Both the position numbers and the translations under genes were made by a program. This document shows, one piece after another, positions 39,601 through 48,539 of a stretch of DNA of 64,000 bases (position 1 is its first letter; every line of letters begins with the position of its first letter). Below the pieces are notes generated by a model. The model saw only the letters and a list, made by a program, of their open reading frames with translations, ran no database searches and was not told where the DNA came from. The DNA is from Candidatus Latescibacterota bacterium (lineage in GTDB: Bacteria > Latescibacterota > UBA2968 > UBA8231), in assembly GCA_965204725.1 (NCBI GenBank), contig OZ242005.1, forward strand, positions 4,640,001-4,704,000. The letters run 5' to 3'.

Positions 39601-40869
39601 TAGCTGCACCGCCAGCGTATCGGGCTTAGCCTGCCCGGCGATAGCTACGGGTGCTGCATCGCGCAAAAAGAACGCCGCCTGCACCGCGCCCTTGAGCGCG
39701 AGGTCGTAGTCCGCTAAGCTCGCAGAGCCGGTGGCCGTAAGCCCCAGCAAGGGCGATTGCAGGTTGAGATGAGTCGCCCCATCGGGCCGGTGCCAAGCCG
39801 TTATCTCGGCGTCGAACCGCCGATCGGGAAAAAAATCCACATCGCGCAGGCGGGCGGCAAAGTCCGCTGCATAGCGCTGGTGCTGCGTATTCACCCCAGC
39901 CGCGAGATCGAATTCCGCCCGTCCCGCCAAGGGCAAGTGGCCCACGAGTCCTAGGTCAAATCCCTCGCCGTGCAGATCGGTCTGCAAGCTGTCGCGGCCG
40001 GAAAAGTAAGTCGCCCCGCCCGTCAGGGTGCCGTCAAACAAAGAGACGAGTAGAGAGTCCAAGACGAAGCGCGTACTATCGGCCTGTACGCGCCCGCGGA
40101 GATCCACCGCGGAGACCGCCGGTGCGCTACCCTTGCCGCTAAGCGTCCCGCGCAGTTGCAGCGGCACCAACGCCCCGCCTATGTCCGCTGCTAGGGAACC
40201 CCGCGTGGAATCGGCCTCTACCGTCGCCTCGGCGGCCACCTGTAAAGGCCGCGGCAGTTTCAGCCCCAAGGTAAACGAGGCTTGCAAAGCGGCCCTTAGA
40301 CTGTCGCTAAGGCCCACGGCCTGTAGCTCGCCGCGGTCAATGCGGTGCGGACTGAGTTCGAGATCGAGCGTTAGCGAGCGCAACGGCACTCCTTGCCATT
40401 CGGACAAGGCCAGTTCTAGGTGCGCCGAGGTGTCGGCTACCGAGCGATACGCACCGCGCCAGTCCCGCGCCACGATCCGCGTTTCGCCCAACTGCCAATC
40501 GAGCACCCCGGCGGTCGCGCTGAGGTTGGGGAGGAAGGCGAGGGGCAACTCGATATCCGCCGCGGTCGCCGCCTTCGCCGCGGTGCTTGGCTCAATCCGC
40601 ACCGTGGGTGCCCGCATTTCGACGGCCCAAGACCACGGTCGCACGGCGAGATGCTCGACATCAACAGCCACCCCCAGCGCGGGGTTTTGGCACTGTACGT
40701 CGGAAAAGAAAAACCCGTAGAGCAAGCCCCCCCCGCGACCGCCGACGGCGACCTGCCACCCCCCAACTCCGCGCTCTAGCAGGTGCGCGAGCGTGGCCGG
40801 TCCTAACGGCGTGAACGCGACGAGGCCGAGGACCAAAACGGTCGCGGCCCCGAACAGCTTCTTTTTCAT
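36598..40869 (-). CDS. Translocation/assembly module TamB-like protein
   Basis: 1423 aa, N-terminal anchor, Gly/Leu-rich beta repeats, C-terminal DUF490-like region; 4-bp overlap with the Omp85 gene. Confidence 0.82.
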   Translation of the reverse strand: MKKKLFGAATVLVLGLVAFTPLGPATLAHLLERGVGGWQVAVGGRGGGLLYGFFFSDVQCQNPALGVAVDVEHLAVRPWSWAVEMRAPTVRIEPSTAAKAATAADIELPLAFLPNLSATAGVLDWQLGETRIVARDWRGAYRSVADTSAHLELALSEWQGVPLRSLTLDLELSPHRIDRGELQAVGLSDSLRAALQASFTLGLKLPRPLQVAAEATVEADSTRGSLAADIGGALVPLQLRGTLSGKGSAPAVSAVDLRGRVQADSTRFVLDSLLVSLFDGTLTGGATYFSGRDSLQTDLHGEGFDLGLVGHLPLAGRAEFDLAAGVNTQHQRYAADFAARLRDVDFFPDRRFDAEITAWHRPDGATHLNLQSPLLGLTATGSASLADYDLALKGAVQAAFFLRDAAPVAIAGQAKPDTLAVQLTTSRLPGKLGKGFGPLSADLHLFANRYLTTALRLERDLLVARADIDLATEEIDTLTAAVNGLVLERVMPGLSGQLDANLRGGGGLSLNGLRLAGRSATTPLAYAGWQTGELALDMGWDQGAARVAGRGSGVSVLAELDAAGHLMAQADFADTLLRGADGAVTALSGTLRWEGPLDSLYAAQGSLALDSLLLRQGAWALQSYGPLRADYGDGRLDLAAVHLQTPVGLVGLSGQIGRDSLAFAVDLPGLALANLVPDLSATGAGHLRVGGTLARPEAQGVVTLAETRLDTFALGNVQLRLALADSLRAELTADAGVRLALTCRAAPLFGPGEAAAQLAIEAVEADLGPVLSYALGRPLHGRLDLEGRLEAALEGAMPRWQDLAGHIDVRGLALQSQAADSLRLGLLSGGRFALGEGRVLLDSVAIGLWRYDRDDRALQPAGTLRLAGQLADTEHSQIELALKDADLAFFGGPKGLVQLSAEVSGTASAPQLAVDLDAATEDLGVLRGRLVGDRGGGDWHLNWTTSLDDSLIVTGRVPWDLPAGALSLDEGWLAARSNGIGLLFLGDLIAELDHLDGRVSADLRADGLDSTLSLQGQIGVADLEFALLDLEPMYALPDGQLQFKGRKVELVGFAVENEPKRGFRSASLAGRLNLARLDDPSFDLRLQAERMTSYYEAVAQSFEADDIDLDLSFAGSIRASELAGRIRIDRPQSEASLVALTLPTPPPPPALRNEFLENMALAVEVDLRGLALDSELAEVEASGAVEVGGTFYKPLFQGDITIDEGKVFVLNQPFAITRGRVVLNRLAPTKSILDVMYDPLELNPTLDVQAAIEGIEDIQTGAKYDVILTLRGPTQKIVPEFSANSEDSDVDPLDLPSIVNLLAFNMANPDTIASFNTAAVAFGTAAGQLLSKQVEKVGLNEFTVLPSSAIAGASPGAPVLRAGKYLGGLPLPLWVRYEALLKDMAAGEVQIEHKIKSFLTIVGSAQSKYESYGLGIGLKREFR

Positions 40870-41696
40870 TTGGATTTGAGGCGGGTCAGGGCCTTGGACA
40901 CGTGGAAGAGCGAGTCGGGCAACGGCGCGTGCGCCATGGTCTTGATCGTGCGCTCCAAGCGGAACACTTGGCTGGTCTTGTCCTTTCCGGGGAGCTTGAC
41001 GGCGGCCGTCAGGGTTGAGCGCAACGCGAAGCCTTTGAGTTCCTCGGCGTTTTCTAGCTGGTCGCTCAGGGCCTTGTGGTCTTCTAGCCCTTCCAGCCCG
41101 CCGCCGATTAGCGACGGATAGGACGTGCGAGCGTCCTGCAAGGCCGCAAAGGCCGAGATCTCCTGAGAGCCGGGGAATTGCTTGGCAATACAGGCATCGT
41201 ACGTGTAGCGGTTTTCGCGGCGGAGCTTTTGGGTTTTGGGTTCGAGGTAGCGGGCGCGCATCTGGGCGACGACCCGCTGGCAGGAAATTCCAGCGATGCG
41301 CAGGGTGTCTCCCGGCACCTTGACCGCAAGGGCCACCTGTGGTCCGCTTGGGGCGGCTTCCGGCTTGGCAGCGGCCTTGCGCGCCGGCGGGGCTTTCTGC
41401 TGGACAAAGGTCTGGGCCGTCAAGTCAATTTCGTACACTTGCACTTGGTCCAGCCGCAAAATGGTGCATGTGTTGAGAGGCTGGCCCTGCTGCCGGAGGA
41501 CCTTTGCCGTTTTCGCATCGGCCTCAATCCGCTGCTCGACCCGCTGGCTCGTGCCCTTGATGTAAATTTTGTTGGTCGTCTTGCGCGCTCCAGCTTTGTC
41601 TTTGCCAAAGCCGCGATTGACGACCTCTTCCTCAAAGTACACATCGGCCCCCGCGCTCGCGGCCCCGGCAAGCAATGCACATAACAGCAAGATCAT
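40866..41696 (-). CDS. Secreted hypothetical protein (DUF4412-like)
   Basis: Signal peptide, G....IAG..C motif, LPDSLFHV C-terminus; RBS AGGAGA. Confidence 0.7.
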   Translation of the reverse strand: MILLLCALLAGAASAGADVYFEEEVVNRGFGKDKAGARKTTNKIYIKGTSQRVEQRIEADAKTAKVLRQQGQPLNTCTILRLDQVQVYEIDLTAQTFVQQKAPPARKAAAKPEAAPSGPQVALAVKVPGDTLRIAGISCQRVVAQMRARYLEPKTQKLRRENRYTYDACIAKQFPGSQEISAFAALQDARTSYPSLIGGGLEGLEDHKALSDQLENAEELKGFALRSTLTAAVKLPGKDKTSQVFRLERTIKTMAHAPLPDSLFHVSKALTRLKSK

Positions 41697-41761
41697 GCTC
41701 GCACTCTCCTGTGATGAGGTGGAACGATAATATAGCGAAACGCGGTGGGTAGCCCATAAGC

Positions 41762-41792
41762 AAAAGGCCCCTACCCGCAAGGGCGAGGGGCC
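41762..41792 (-). terminator. Intrinsic terminator after the zinc peptidase gene
   Basis: GGCCCCT...AGGGGCC hairpin followed by TTTT on the minus strand. Confidence 0.6.
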
Positions 41793-41816
41793 TCCAAGCA
41801 CTTGCCGCGCCTGCTA

Positions 41817-42491
41817 TTACTCGTCTGAGCCGCGCATGAGCAACATGGACGCTAGCTGTAGCACGGCGGTGGCTGCTGTTGCTACGTAGGTCATGGCTGC
41901 TGCGTTGAGCACCTTCCGGGCCGAGCGCACCTCGTCGCTGGCTAGGTAGCCCTGCGAGAGGAGCGCCATGGCCCGCGAACTGGCATTGAACTCTACCGGC
42001 AGGGTGACGATTTGGAAGAGCACTGCGCCGGCGAAGAACAAGATGCCGATATTCATCAGGCCGGCGGCCCCGAAGAACATCCCCGCCATAATCAAAGGAA
42101 AGCCCAGCGTTGATCCCAAGTTGGCGACGGGCAGGATCGCGTGTCGCAGATTGAGCGGCACATAGCCGTGGGCGTGTTGGATCGCGTGACCGACCTCGTG
42201 CGCGGCCACGGCCAAGCCGGCTAGGTGATTCCCGTGGAAGTTGTCCGAAGAGAGGCGCACGGCTTTGGCGCGGGGGTCGTAGTGATCGGAAAGCATCCCG
42301 CCGGTCTCCTCAACCGACACGTCGTATATGCGTTGCTGTTGCAGGATGCGCCGCGCGGTCTCAGCACCCCAAAGGCGCGAGGCCGAAGCCACTTGGCTGT
42401 ACTTTTTGAAGGCACTGCGGACCCGCATCTGGGCCCAGCCGACTAAGAGGATCGGCAGAATGAAAAACGGACTAAAAAGAAACGATAACAT
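41817..42491 (-). CDS. Membrane zinc metallopeptidase (YugP/Zn_peptidase_2)
   Basis: LSDHYDP, AAHEVGHAIQH, TLPVEFNASSRA, AAAMTYV. Confidence 0.93.
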   Translation of the reverse strand: MLSFLFSPFFILPILLVGWAQMRVRSAFKKYSQVASASRLWGAETARRILQQQRIYDVSVEETGGMLSDHYDPRAKAVRLSSDNFHGNHLAGLAVAAHEVGHAIQHAHGYVPLNLRHAILPVANLGSTLGFPLIMAGMFFGAAGLMNIGILFFAGAVLFQIVTLPVEFNASSRAMALLSQGYLASDEVRSARKVLNAAAMTYVATAATAVLQLASMLLMRGSDE

Positions 42492-42599
42492 CGCATCATC
42501 TCCTCACTATGCGAAGGGCTTTTAGTTGGGACGCGCAAGGGACGCCCTGAGTTTCTCAGCGAGAATAACGAAAGCACTCGACCATCGCAAGAAAAGGAC

Positions 42600-43256
42600 T
42601 TAGACGTCCTCTTCAGCAGGCAGGGAAAGGGCCGGGGGCACGACGACGCCCGCCGAGACGATCATCTTCAGGGCCTCTTCGACGCCGAGTTCGGTGGGAC
42701 GCAACTGTTCGGGCGGCACGATGAGCATAAAGCCGGTTGTGGGATTGGGCGCCGTGGGGACGAAGATGCTGTGCGCTGGCACTGCTTCGGCCTCGCGGGG
42801 GACATCGCCGGCCAAAAAGCCCAAGGTCCACAGCCCGGTGCGCGGATATTCGACGAGCACGACTTTCTCAAAGCCGGCCTTGCTTGGAGAGGTCAGCGTC
42901 TCCATGAGCTGCTGCACGGGCGCGTAGATCGTGCGCACCAACGGCAGGCCCTCTAACGCTCCGCGTCCGTATCGCAATAGGCTGCGCCCCACTACGTTGG
43001 CAGCGAATGCGCCGACGATCCAGAGAATGACGAAGGTCAGCACAAAGCCCAAGCCGGGGATGTGGAATTCGGGATAGCCCAACGGCTTGGCCATTTGGCG
43101 AATCAACGGCGCGGAGAAGCCGTCGGCCCAGTTGAACAGCGTCTTGAGTACCCAGCCGGTGACCCACAGGGGCGCGATGATCGTCAGACCGGCCATGATC
43201 GTGCGCCGAAGCCGCTGTAGCCGAGTAGTGCTCTGGCGCAGGGGCGTCTCACTCAT
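42600..43256 (-). CDS. DUF502 membrane protein
   Basis: VVLVEYPR.G, FVPTAPNPTTGF, EALKMIVSAG. Confidence 0.92.
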   Translation of the reverse strand: MSETPLRQSTTRLQRLRRTIMAGLTIIAPLWVTGWVLKTLFNWADGFSAPLIRQMAKPLGYPEFHIPGLGFVLTFVILWIVGAFAANVVGRSLLRYGRGALEGLPLVRTIYAPVQQLMETLTSPSKAGFEKVVLVEYPRTGLWTLGFLAGDVPREAEAVPAHSIFVPTAPNPTTGFMLIVPPEQLRPTELGVEEALKMIVSAGVVVPPALSLPAEEDV

Positions 43257-43377
43257 AGCGCGATTTATCCATGTACATTGGCATTTTTTGAATATCCAAC
43301 CGGGTCAAATTACTGTCAACAACGGATGCCCTTGCTCAGGGCTTACGCTTTTTGCGCGATGGCTTATTTTATCCTTT

Positions 43378-44052
43378 ATGACAACGACAGCAATTCTATT
43401 CAGCGGCGGCATGGACTCGACCACCTTGCTCTGGTGGCTGAAGGAGCGGCAACAAGACCCCATCCACGCCATTAGCATTGACTATGGCCAGCGCCACCGC
43501 GTCGAGCTCGAATGCGCCACCCGCCTCGCCCGCTGCGCCGAGGTCGCGTCCCACGAGATGCTCGCGTTGGATTCGGCGGCCCTAGGCGGCAATCCGCTGA
43601 CCGACCTCACGCTGGACGTGCCCACCGCTGAGTCCAAACGCCAACGCGACACCATCGTTCCCTTCCGCAACATGCTCTTTGCAACGCTAGCGGCGGCCTA
43701 TTGTGTAACCAAGGGCATTGTCGATCTGTATATGGCGCCGGTCAAAGACGACTACGCGGCCTATCGAGACTGCCGTCGCCCCTTTTTCGATAATCTCGAA
43801 CAGAGCCTGCGCTTGGGAGCGGCCCACGACGCGCCTTGGGCGATCCACACGCCCTTTGTCAAGCTGCGGAAGCGAGACATCGTTGCCATCGGGCTCCAGC
43901 TCGGCGTTCCCTACGGGGAAACTCACACCTGCTATGAGGGCGTCCGGCCAGCCTGCGGCTTGTGCGACGCCTGCTGCGAGCGGCTCGCGGCCTTTGCGGC
44001 GATCCGCGCCAGCGACCCCCTAGAATACGTTGCTGGCGAGCAGACGCCGTGA
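43378..44052 (+). CDS. queC: 7-cyano-7-deazaguanine synthase
   Basis: FSGGMDST, YGQRH, VPFRN, DCR, C-terminal CY...CGLCDAC..R. Confidence 0.95.
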   Translation: MTTTAILFSGGMDSTTLLWWLKERQQDPIHAISIDYGQRHRVELECATRLARCAEVASHEMLALDSAALGGNPLTDLTLDVPTAESKRQRDTIVPFRNMLFATLAAAYCVTKGIVDLYMAPVKDDYAAYRDCRRPFFDNLEQSLRLGAAHDAPWAIHTPFVKLRKRDIVAIGLQLGVPYGETHTCYEGVRPACGLCDACCERLAAFAAIRASDPLEYVAGEQTP

Positions 44053-44687
44053 CCAACCAGTCGGAGCCTGCCGAAGAGCGCGTCGATCGCTTGCCGGTAT
44101 GGAGCGACTCGGGGCGCGTCTTGCAGGTCAACGACATATTCTACTCGATTGAGGGCGAGGGGCTGCGCGTCGGCGAGCCGACCACTTTTGTGCGCTTGGC
44201 GCGCTGCAATCTGCGCTGCCCATTCTGCGACACCGAGTTTGACCGCTTCACTCCAATGGACATCGAGGACATTGCCGCCGAGGTGGCGCGCCATCCGGCC
44301 GAATGGGTGTGCTTGACCGGCGGCGAGCCTTTGGGCCAAAACCTCGCGGTGCTGGTCGGTCGGCTCAAAGAAGCGGGCTACAAGCTCCACGTTGAGACCA
44401 ACGGCACTATCGCGCCCGATCCGGCGCTGTTCGAGCTAATTGACCATTGGACCGTGTCGCCTAAGTGCTACCCGGTCGTCGCTGGTTTTGGGCGCATTAC
44501 CGAGCTCAAATACGTCGTCGGCCGGGCTTTCCGCGAGGAGCGCGTCGAGGAGCAACTCGCCGACTACGTCTATTTGCAGCCCGAATCCTCTGAGCCGCGC
44601 TACGTGCAGAAGGCCCTCGACATACTCAAGCGCCATCCGCGCTGGCGCCTCTCCACCCGCATCCACAAGACGCTCGGCCTGCCTTGA
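44049..44687 (+). CDS. queE: 7-carboxy-7-deazaguanine synthase (radical SAM)
   Basis: IFYSIEGEG, CNLRCPFCDT, TGGEP, ETNGT, VSPK, YLQP, WRLS..HK. Confidence 0.93.
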   Translation: MTNQSEPAEERVDRLPVWSDSGRVLQVNDIFYSIEGEGLRVGEPTTFVRLARCNLRCPFCDTEFDRFTPMDIEDIAAEVARHPAEWVCLTGGEPLGQNLAVLVGRLKEAGYKLHVETNGTIAPDPALFELIDHWTVSPKCYPVVAGFGRITELKYVVGRAFREERVEEQLADYVYLQPESSEPRYVQKALDILKRHPRWRLSTRIHKTLGLP

Positions 44688-44700
44688 GAAGATGCCCCCA

Positions 44701-44725
44701 CTTGATTCCCGCTTTCGCCGGAAAG
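44701..44725. repeat. Degenerate REP-like palindrome of the 13517 family
   Basis: Minus strand reads TTCCGGCGAAAGCGGGAATCAAG. Confidence 0.5.
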
Positions 44726-44733
44726 GAGCTCCC

Positions 44734-45597
44734 ATGCCCAACGTAGCCGAAATTTACAAGTTCGACGAGCTTACTTGGCCCGAAGTCAACCAAGCCGTAG
44801 CCATGGGCAAAATTCCCATCATACCCACCGGCTCGGTTGAACAACACGGCCACCACCTCCCGCTCAAGGTGGATCACCTCTGCGCCAACGCGGTGGCGAC
44901 CGAAGCCGCTCGTTTAAGGCCCGAGCTCGCCCTCGTCCTGCCGCCGGTGAGCTACGGCTATGTCCACCACGTGATGGACTTCCCGGGTTCGCTCAACATC
45001 CACCACGAGCACTTCGTCCAATACGTCCTCGACATCACCAAGAGCTTGGCCTATCACGGCTTCAAGAAGATGATTCTCGTCAATGGCCACGGTTCCAACC
45101 ACAACCTCGTGGACATGGTCGCTCGGCGCACCATCGTCGAGACCGACGCGAGCTGCACGTTTTGCTCGTGGTGGCATCTGCTCCGGGTCCATCCCGGCTT
45201 CGACGAAAAATGGCGAGAGAGCGTGTATCCGGGGGGCTGTTCGCACGCCGGTGAGTTGGAAACCTCAATGATGCTGTATCTCGCGCCGGAGAGCGTGCGC
45301 CAAGACAAGATCAAGAGCGAGATCGCCAAGACGAACCAGCTCGGCTCCAAGTTTGTGTACACCGACCTGTTCGGGCACGGGCCGATGGGCTTGATCGAAT
45401 GGACGAGTCAGTATTCGGACAGCGGGGTGATGGGCGAGGCAGAGAAGGCCACGGCTGAGAAGGGCAAAATCGTCTTTGAGGAGGCGAGCCAAAACTTGGC
45501 CGAATTTGTCGAGGAATACCACGCGATGAAAATTGAGCCGCGCACTCGGCGACAGGACCAAGCGCCGACCATTCCGCTGTCGTTTGCGACGGATTAG
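44734..45597 (+). CDS. Creatininase family amidohydrolase (MftE/ArfB-like)
   Basis: GSVEQHGHHLP..D, NGHGSN, HAGELETS, SGV.G, ATAEKG. Confidence 0.92.
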   Translation: MPNVAEIYKFDELTWPEVNQAVAMGKIPIIPTGSVEQHGHHLPLKVDHLCANAVATEAARLRPELALVLPPVSYGYVHHVMDFPGSLNIHHEHFVQYVLDITKSLAYHGFKKMILVNGHGSNHNLVDMVARRTIVETDASCTFCSWWHLLRVHPGFDEKWRESVYPGGCSHAGELETSMMLYLAPESVRQDKIKSEIAKTNQLGSKFVYTDLFGHGPMGLIEWTSQYSDSGVMGEAEKATAEKGKIVFEEASQNLAEFVEEYHAMKIEPRTRRQDQAPTIPLSFATD

Positions 45598-45647
45598 AAT
45601 GCAATCTGTCAGATGTCCGTTGCGTAGCGCATACATGGAGACACGAC

Positions 45648-45917
45648 GTGATGAAGAGAACATTGACCATTGACTACGGCGATGAGGTCCTACTGGCCTT
45701 GGGATGTTCACCCAAGCAATTCAGTGAAGAGGCCAAGCTCCTCGTCGCCATCAAGCTCTACGAGTTGGGACGGCTGTCCTCGGGGGCGGCAGCCAAGTTA
45801 GCCGACATACCCAAGCCCTTGTTCCTAACGAAGCTAGCCGACTATGGCGTCGATTCCTTCCAACTGACCGAGGAAGACCTCCAACAGGACTTGGCTAGTG
45901 CCCGACGTCATCTGTAA
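45648..45917 (+). CDS. UPF0175 family putative antitoxin
   Basis: KLYELGRLSSGAAAKLA...FL..L..YGV HTH pattern. Confidence 0.88.
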   Translation: MMKRTLTIDYGDEVLLALGCSPKQFSEEAKLLVAIKLYELGRLSSGAAAKLADIPKPLFLTKLADYGVDSFQLTEEDLQQDLASARRHL

Positions 45918-46386
45918 TACTTCTCCGCTCCAGTACCTACACCAAGCAGGCGTGTTGGAACTTCTGCCGGCACTCGCCGGACAAGTGTACGTCCCGGAAG
46001 CAGTGGTAGTAGAGCTGCGAGAGGGGCAGCGTCGGAATATACTTCTGCCTACGCTGGAGGAGTTTGCTTGGCTGACCGTGCGGCCGGTGCGAGACCGGAC
46101 ACTGCTACCGCTGGTCACGCATCTTGGGGATGGCGAGAAGGAAGTGCTTGCCTTGGGACTGGAAACAGAGGATGCCCTGCTGATCCTCGATGATAGAGAC
46201 GCACGGCGGTATGCGCGAGCACTGGAGTTGGAGATATCCGGCACCCTCGGCCTCTTGTTGCAGGCCAAGGAGCGCGGCATTCTCGATGCGGTCCGGCCCG
46301 TTTTGGATCGTCTTCAAGGACTGGGGTTCCGGCTGAACGCTAGGACGCGCCAGATGGTGCTGAAGTGTGCCAACGAGACGATGTGA
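45898..46386 (+). CDS. DUF3368 PIN-like putative toxin
   Basis: VICNTSPLQYL, VPEAVVVEL, LGDGEKE, ILDD..AR, GTLGLL..AK, GFR. Confidence 0.9.
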   Translation: MPDVICNTSPLQYLHQAGVLELLPALAGQVYVPEAVVVELREGQRRNILLPTLEEFAWLTVRPVRDRTLLPLVTHLGDGEKEVLALGLETEDALLILDDRDARRYARALELEISGTLGLLLQAKERGILDAVRPVLDRLQGLGFRLNARTRQMVLKCANETM

Positions 46387-46452
46387 GAAGAGGCAGCACA
46401 TCATCCGCCGGTAAAACAAAGAGCTGACGTTTTTGCTGTCGTTTCCGACGGA

Positions 46453-47565
46453 TTAGGGGAAAGGATAGGTCATCGCACTTTCGAGCAGTGATTTTACTCG
46501 AGCCGCGACATCGTGTGGAGAGGCGTGGTAAGAAAGGTCAGCAGATAGGTCTAGTCGATACCTACGTTGTTGTTCTTCCACTTCTTTCCAATAATTACGT
46601 TCTTGCGTTGTCTCTAGCCAAGGTCTTAATCGTTGGAAATCTCCTTCTCTAGGAAAGACATCAATACCCCATCCCTCTGGGGAGATATAGGTATCTATAG
46701 CAATGATAAAACCGTCTTTAATCTCTATATTATGCACCAAAGTGTCGAAAAACGTGTGAGATTCCCGATACAAAAAACCAGTGATTGGCCGGCTTTGACC
46801 TTGTAAATTAGATATATCTAAAGCTCCCCTGAGTTTCTTGACAAGACCACGCATCTCTTTCTTTAGTGTCTCGGCTTCCTTCCACAGGGCTTCGACATCC
46901 TCCCTGTTGTTCTTAATGAAATCTAGCTTTTCTGGATTCACGGCACTGCCCTCCTTCAGGTGTTTTACAGTTTCAATCATTTCCATTACGAATTTCAGAT
47001 ATCGATCTTTTGACCCTATGAGAGTAGGGCCGATTCGCCGCAGTATCTCGCCAAAGTACTCTTGATAGGTAATGGGCTTAAAGCCGAATAATTCGTTATC
47101 GTCATTCGGCAAATTTAATCCGAGAAGGATCTTGCAGATACGCCGCCTGTGGCCGTTGGCTTTGGCTTGTTTGGTAAGATGCTGCCCGTAATCTTCCAAG
47201 TCGTTGTGAAGATGGTGGTATATCTTGTTTTCTATGCCGACAATGAGCGTGTCCGTAGAAATCACCAGATCGATTCGCTTACGGGTTCCAGTGATTTCTT
47301 CTCTGTTGACCTCTACCGCTTCACCGTCTTTTATCGCCATCTCCTCCTTATCGTATTCAGCGACAGACAGCAGCGATTCAAGAAAAATTGGCCCGAAGCC
47401 GTGTTCGCATCCGGGATCGAGGAAAAAGGCCAGTATATTGCTGTAAACATCTTCCAGATGGGGATAGCCTGATATTTCCAAGGTGGTAGGATCGCGTTGA
47501 AGCGTTGGAGGCAACTTCTTAAATGCGGCAAGCAATGCCTTAAATTGATCTATCGTCGCAGTCAT
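46453..47565 (-). CDS. PD-(D/E)XK nuclease family protein (PDDEXK_4-like)
   Basis: E...SNILAFFLDP...HG.G..FL, V.REE, RIDLVI, GIENKI motifs; AT-richer. Confidence 0.85.
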   Translation of the reverse strand: MTATIDQFKALLAAFKKLPPTLQRDPTTLEISGYPHLEDVYSNILAFFLDPGCEHGFGPIFLESLLSVAEYDKEEMAIKDGEAVEVNREEITGTRKRIDLVISTDTLIVGIENKIYHHLHNDLEDYGQHLTKQAKANGHRRRICKILLGLNLPNDDNELFGFKPITYQEYFGEILRRIGPTLIGSKDRYLKFVMEMIETVKHLKEGSAVNPEKLDFIKNNREDVEALWKEAETLKKEMRGLVKKLRGALDISNLQGQSRPITGFLYRESHTFFDTLVHNIEIKDGFIIAIDTYISPEGWGIDVFPREGDFQRLRPWLETTQERNYWKEVEEQQRRYRLDLSADLSYHASPHDVAARVKSLLESAMTYPFP

Positions 47566-47955
47566 TGCCGACTGATCCTTTGAGTGGATTCGACCGTAAA
47601 CGGCGCACAAATGTAAGGCAGCCCGCATGACGGTCAAGTCTTGAGCTAGCCCGAGCCCTCTTGTTACGCCTCTTTTGGTCCTTCGATAACAGTGAGAATC
47701 TCTTTCCGTAACTCCCCAAGCCCAGTCAGGAGCGTCCGGCTAGCCGGCTAGAGTGTGAGTATCCCGTGCTCCTTCCGGCTTACCGATGTCGGTTTCGCCC
47801 GGCTGTTGTCGAGTTCCAAGCCATCATCGTTTGGGCATATAGGCAACCCCAAATCGATTTCCCGACCCTCATTCGTCCCGATCACAAGGGTCTGTTCAGC
47901 TATCGACCGGAAGGGTTTTTCTCGATGCGGCCGACGGACTAGGGAGCGGAGAAGG

Positions 47956-48477
47956 TTATTCCGGCAGGGGGAAAGGATCGATCTGGGCGCTTTTGATCAG
48001 GCGGCGCAACTGATCGGCGACTTCGCTGGGCTCGGCGTTATACGGAAAAGTGCGAGGCCCCGCTTGCGCTTCATACCAAGAAATGGCCCGTTGATTATTT
48101 TGTTCTGACGGGCGATTCCATAACTTTCTCGCGTAAACTCTGAATCGCCACCCCTTGGGAGCAAGGATGGCCTCTATAACGAGGTAAAAGTTTTCGTCAA
48201 TCTGTACTTCATGCTCACAAATGCCGTGAAGCTTATACGCCGGTACCCAGCTAGTAAATCGGACTTTCCGATCTTGCTCTGGAGACTCAAGGTCGCCCAA
48301 AGCCTCAGCGACCCTATCGATGCGTTCACACGTGTCCATCTTTATCGCTTCTATTTTCGACAACAGGAACTGGATGTCTTCCTCGTTGCTTTGAAAAAAA
48401 GATAACATTTCTGAACTCACGAACCTGCGCTCTTCTAGGCGTTTTGCAGCCTCAAGCACTTCCATTGCGGATTCCAT
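47956..48477 (-). CDS. Hypothetical protein, paralog of the C-terminal domain of the adjacent nuclease
   Basis: Aligns by eye with the C-terminal half of 46453-47565; RBS AAGGAG. Confidence 0.72.
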   Translation of the reverse strand: MESAMEVLEAAKRLEERRFVSSEMLSFFQSNEEDIQFLLSKIEAIKMDTCERIDRVAEALGDLESPEQDRKVRFTSWVPAYKLHGICEHEVQIDENFYLVIEAILAPKGWRFRVYARKLWNRPSEQNNQRAISWYEAQAGPRTFPYNAEPSEVADQLRRLIKSAQIDPFPLPE

Positions 48478-48539
48478 AAAAAACTCCTTTTGGAAACGTA
48501 GTCTTGCGTTACTAGTTCAGGCGACACCAGCGGCCCGCC

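Noticed and set aside
43378-47565. Dpd-type 7-deazaguanine DNA modification system
   Set aside because: No dpdA/tgt-like or dpdB-K genes in the window; queC/queE look like ordinary queuosine enzymes
47755-48108. 117-aa plus-strand ORF between the nuclease paralogs
   Set aside because: Overlaps the 173-aa minus-strand gene, no RBS or recognisable motif
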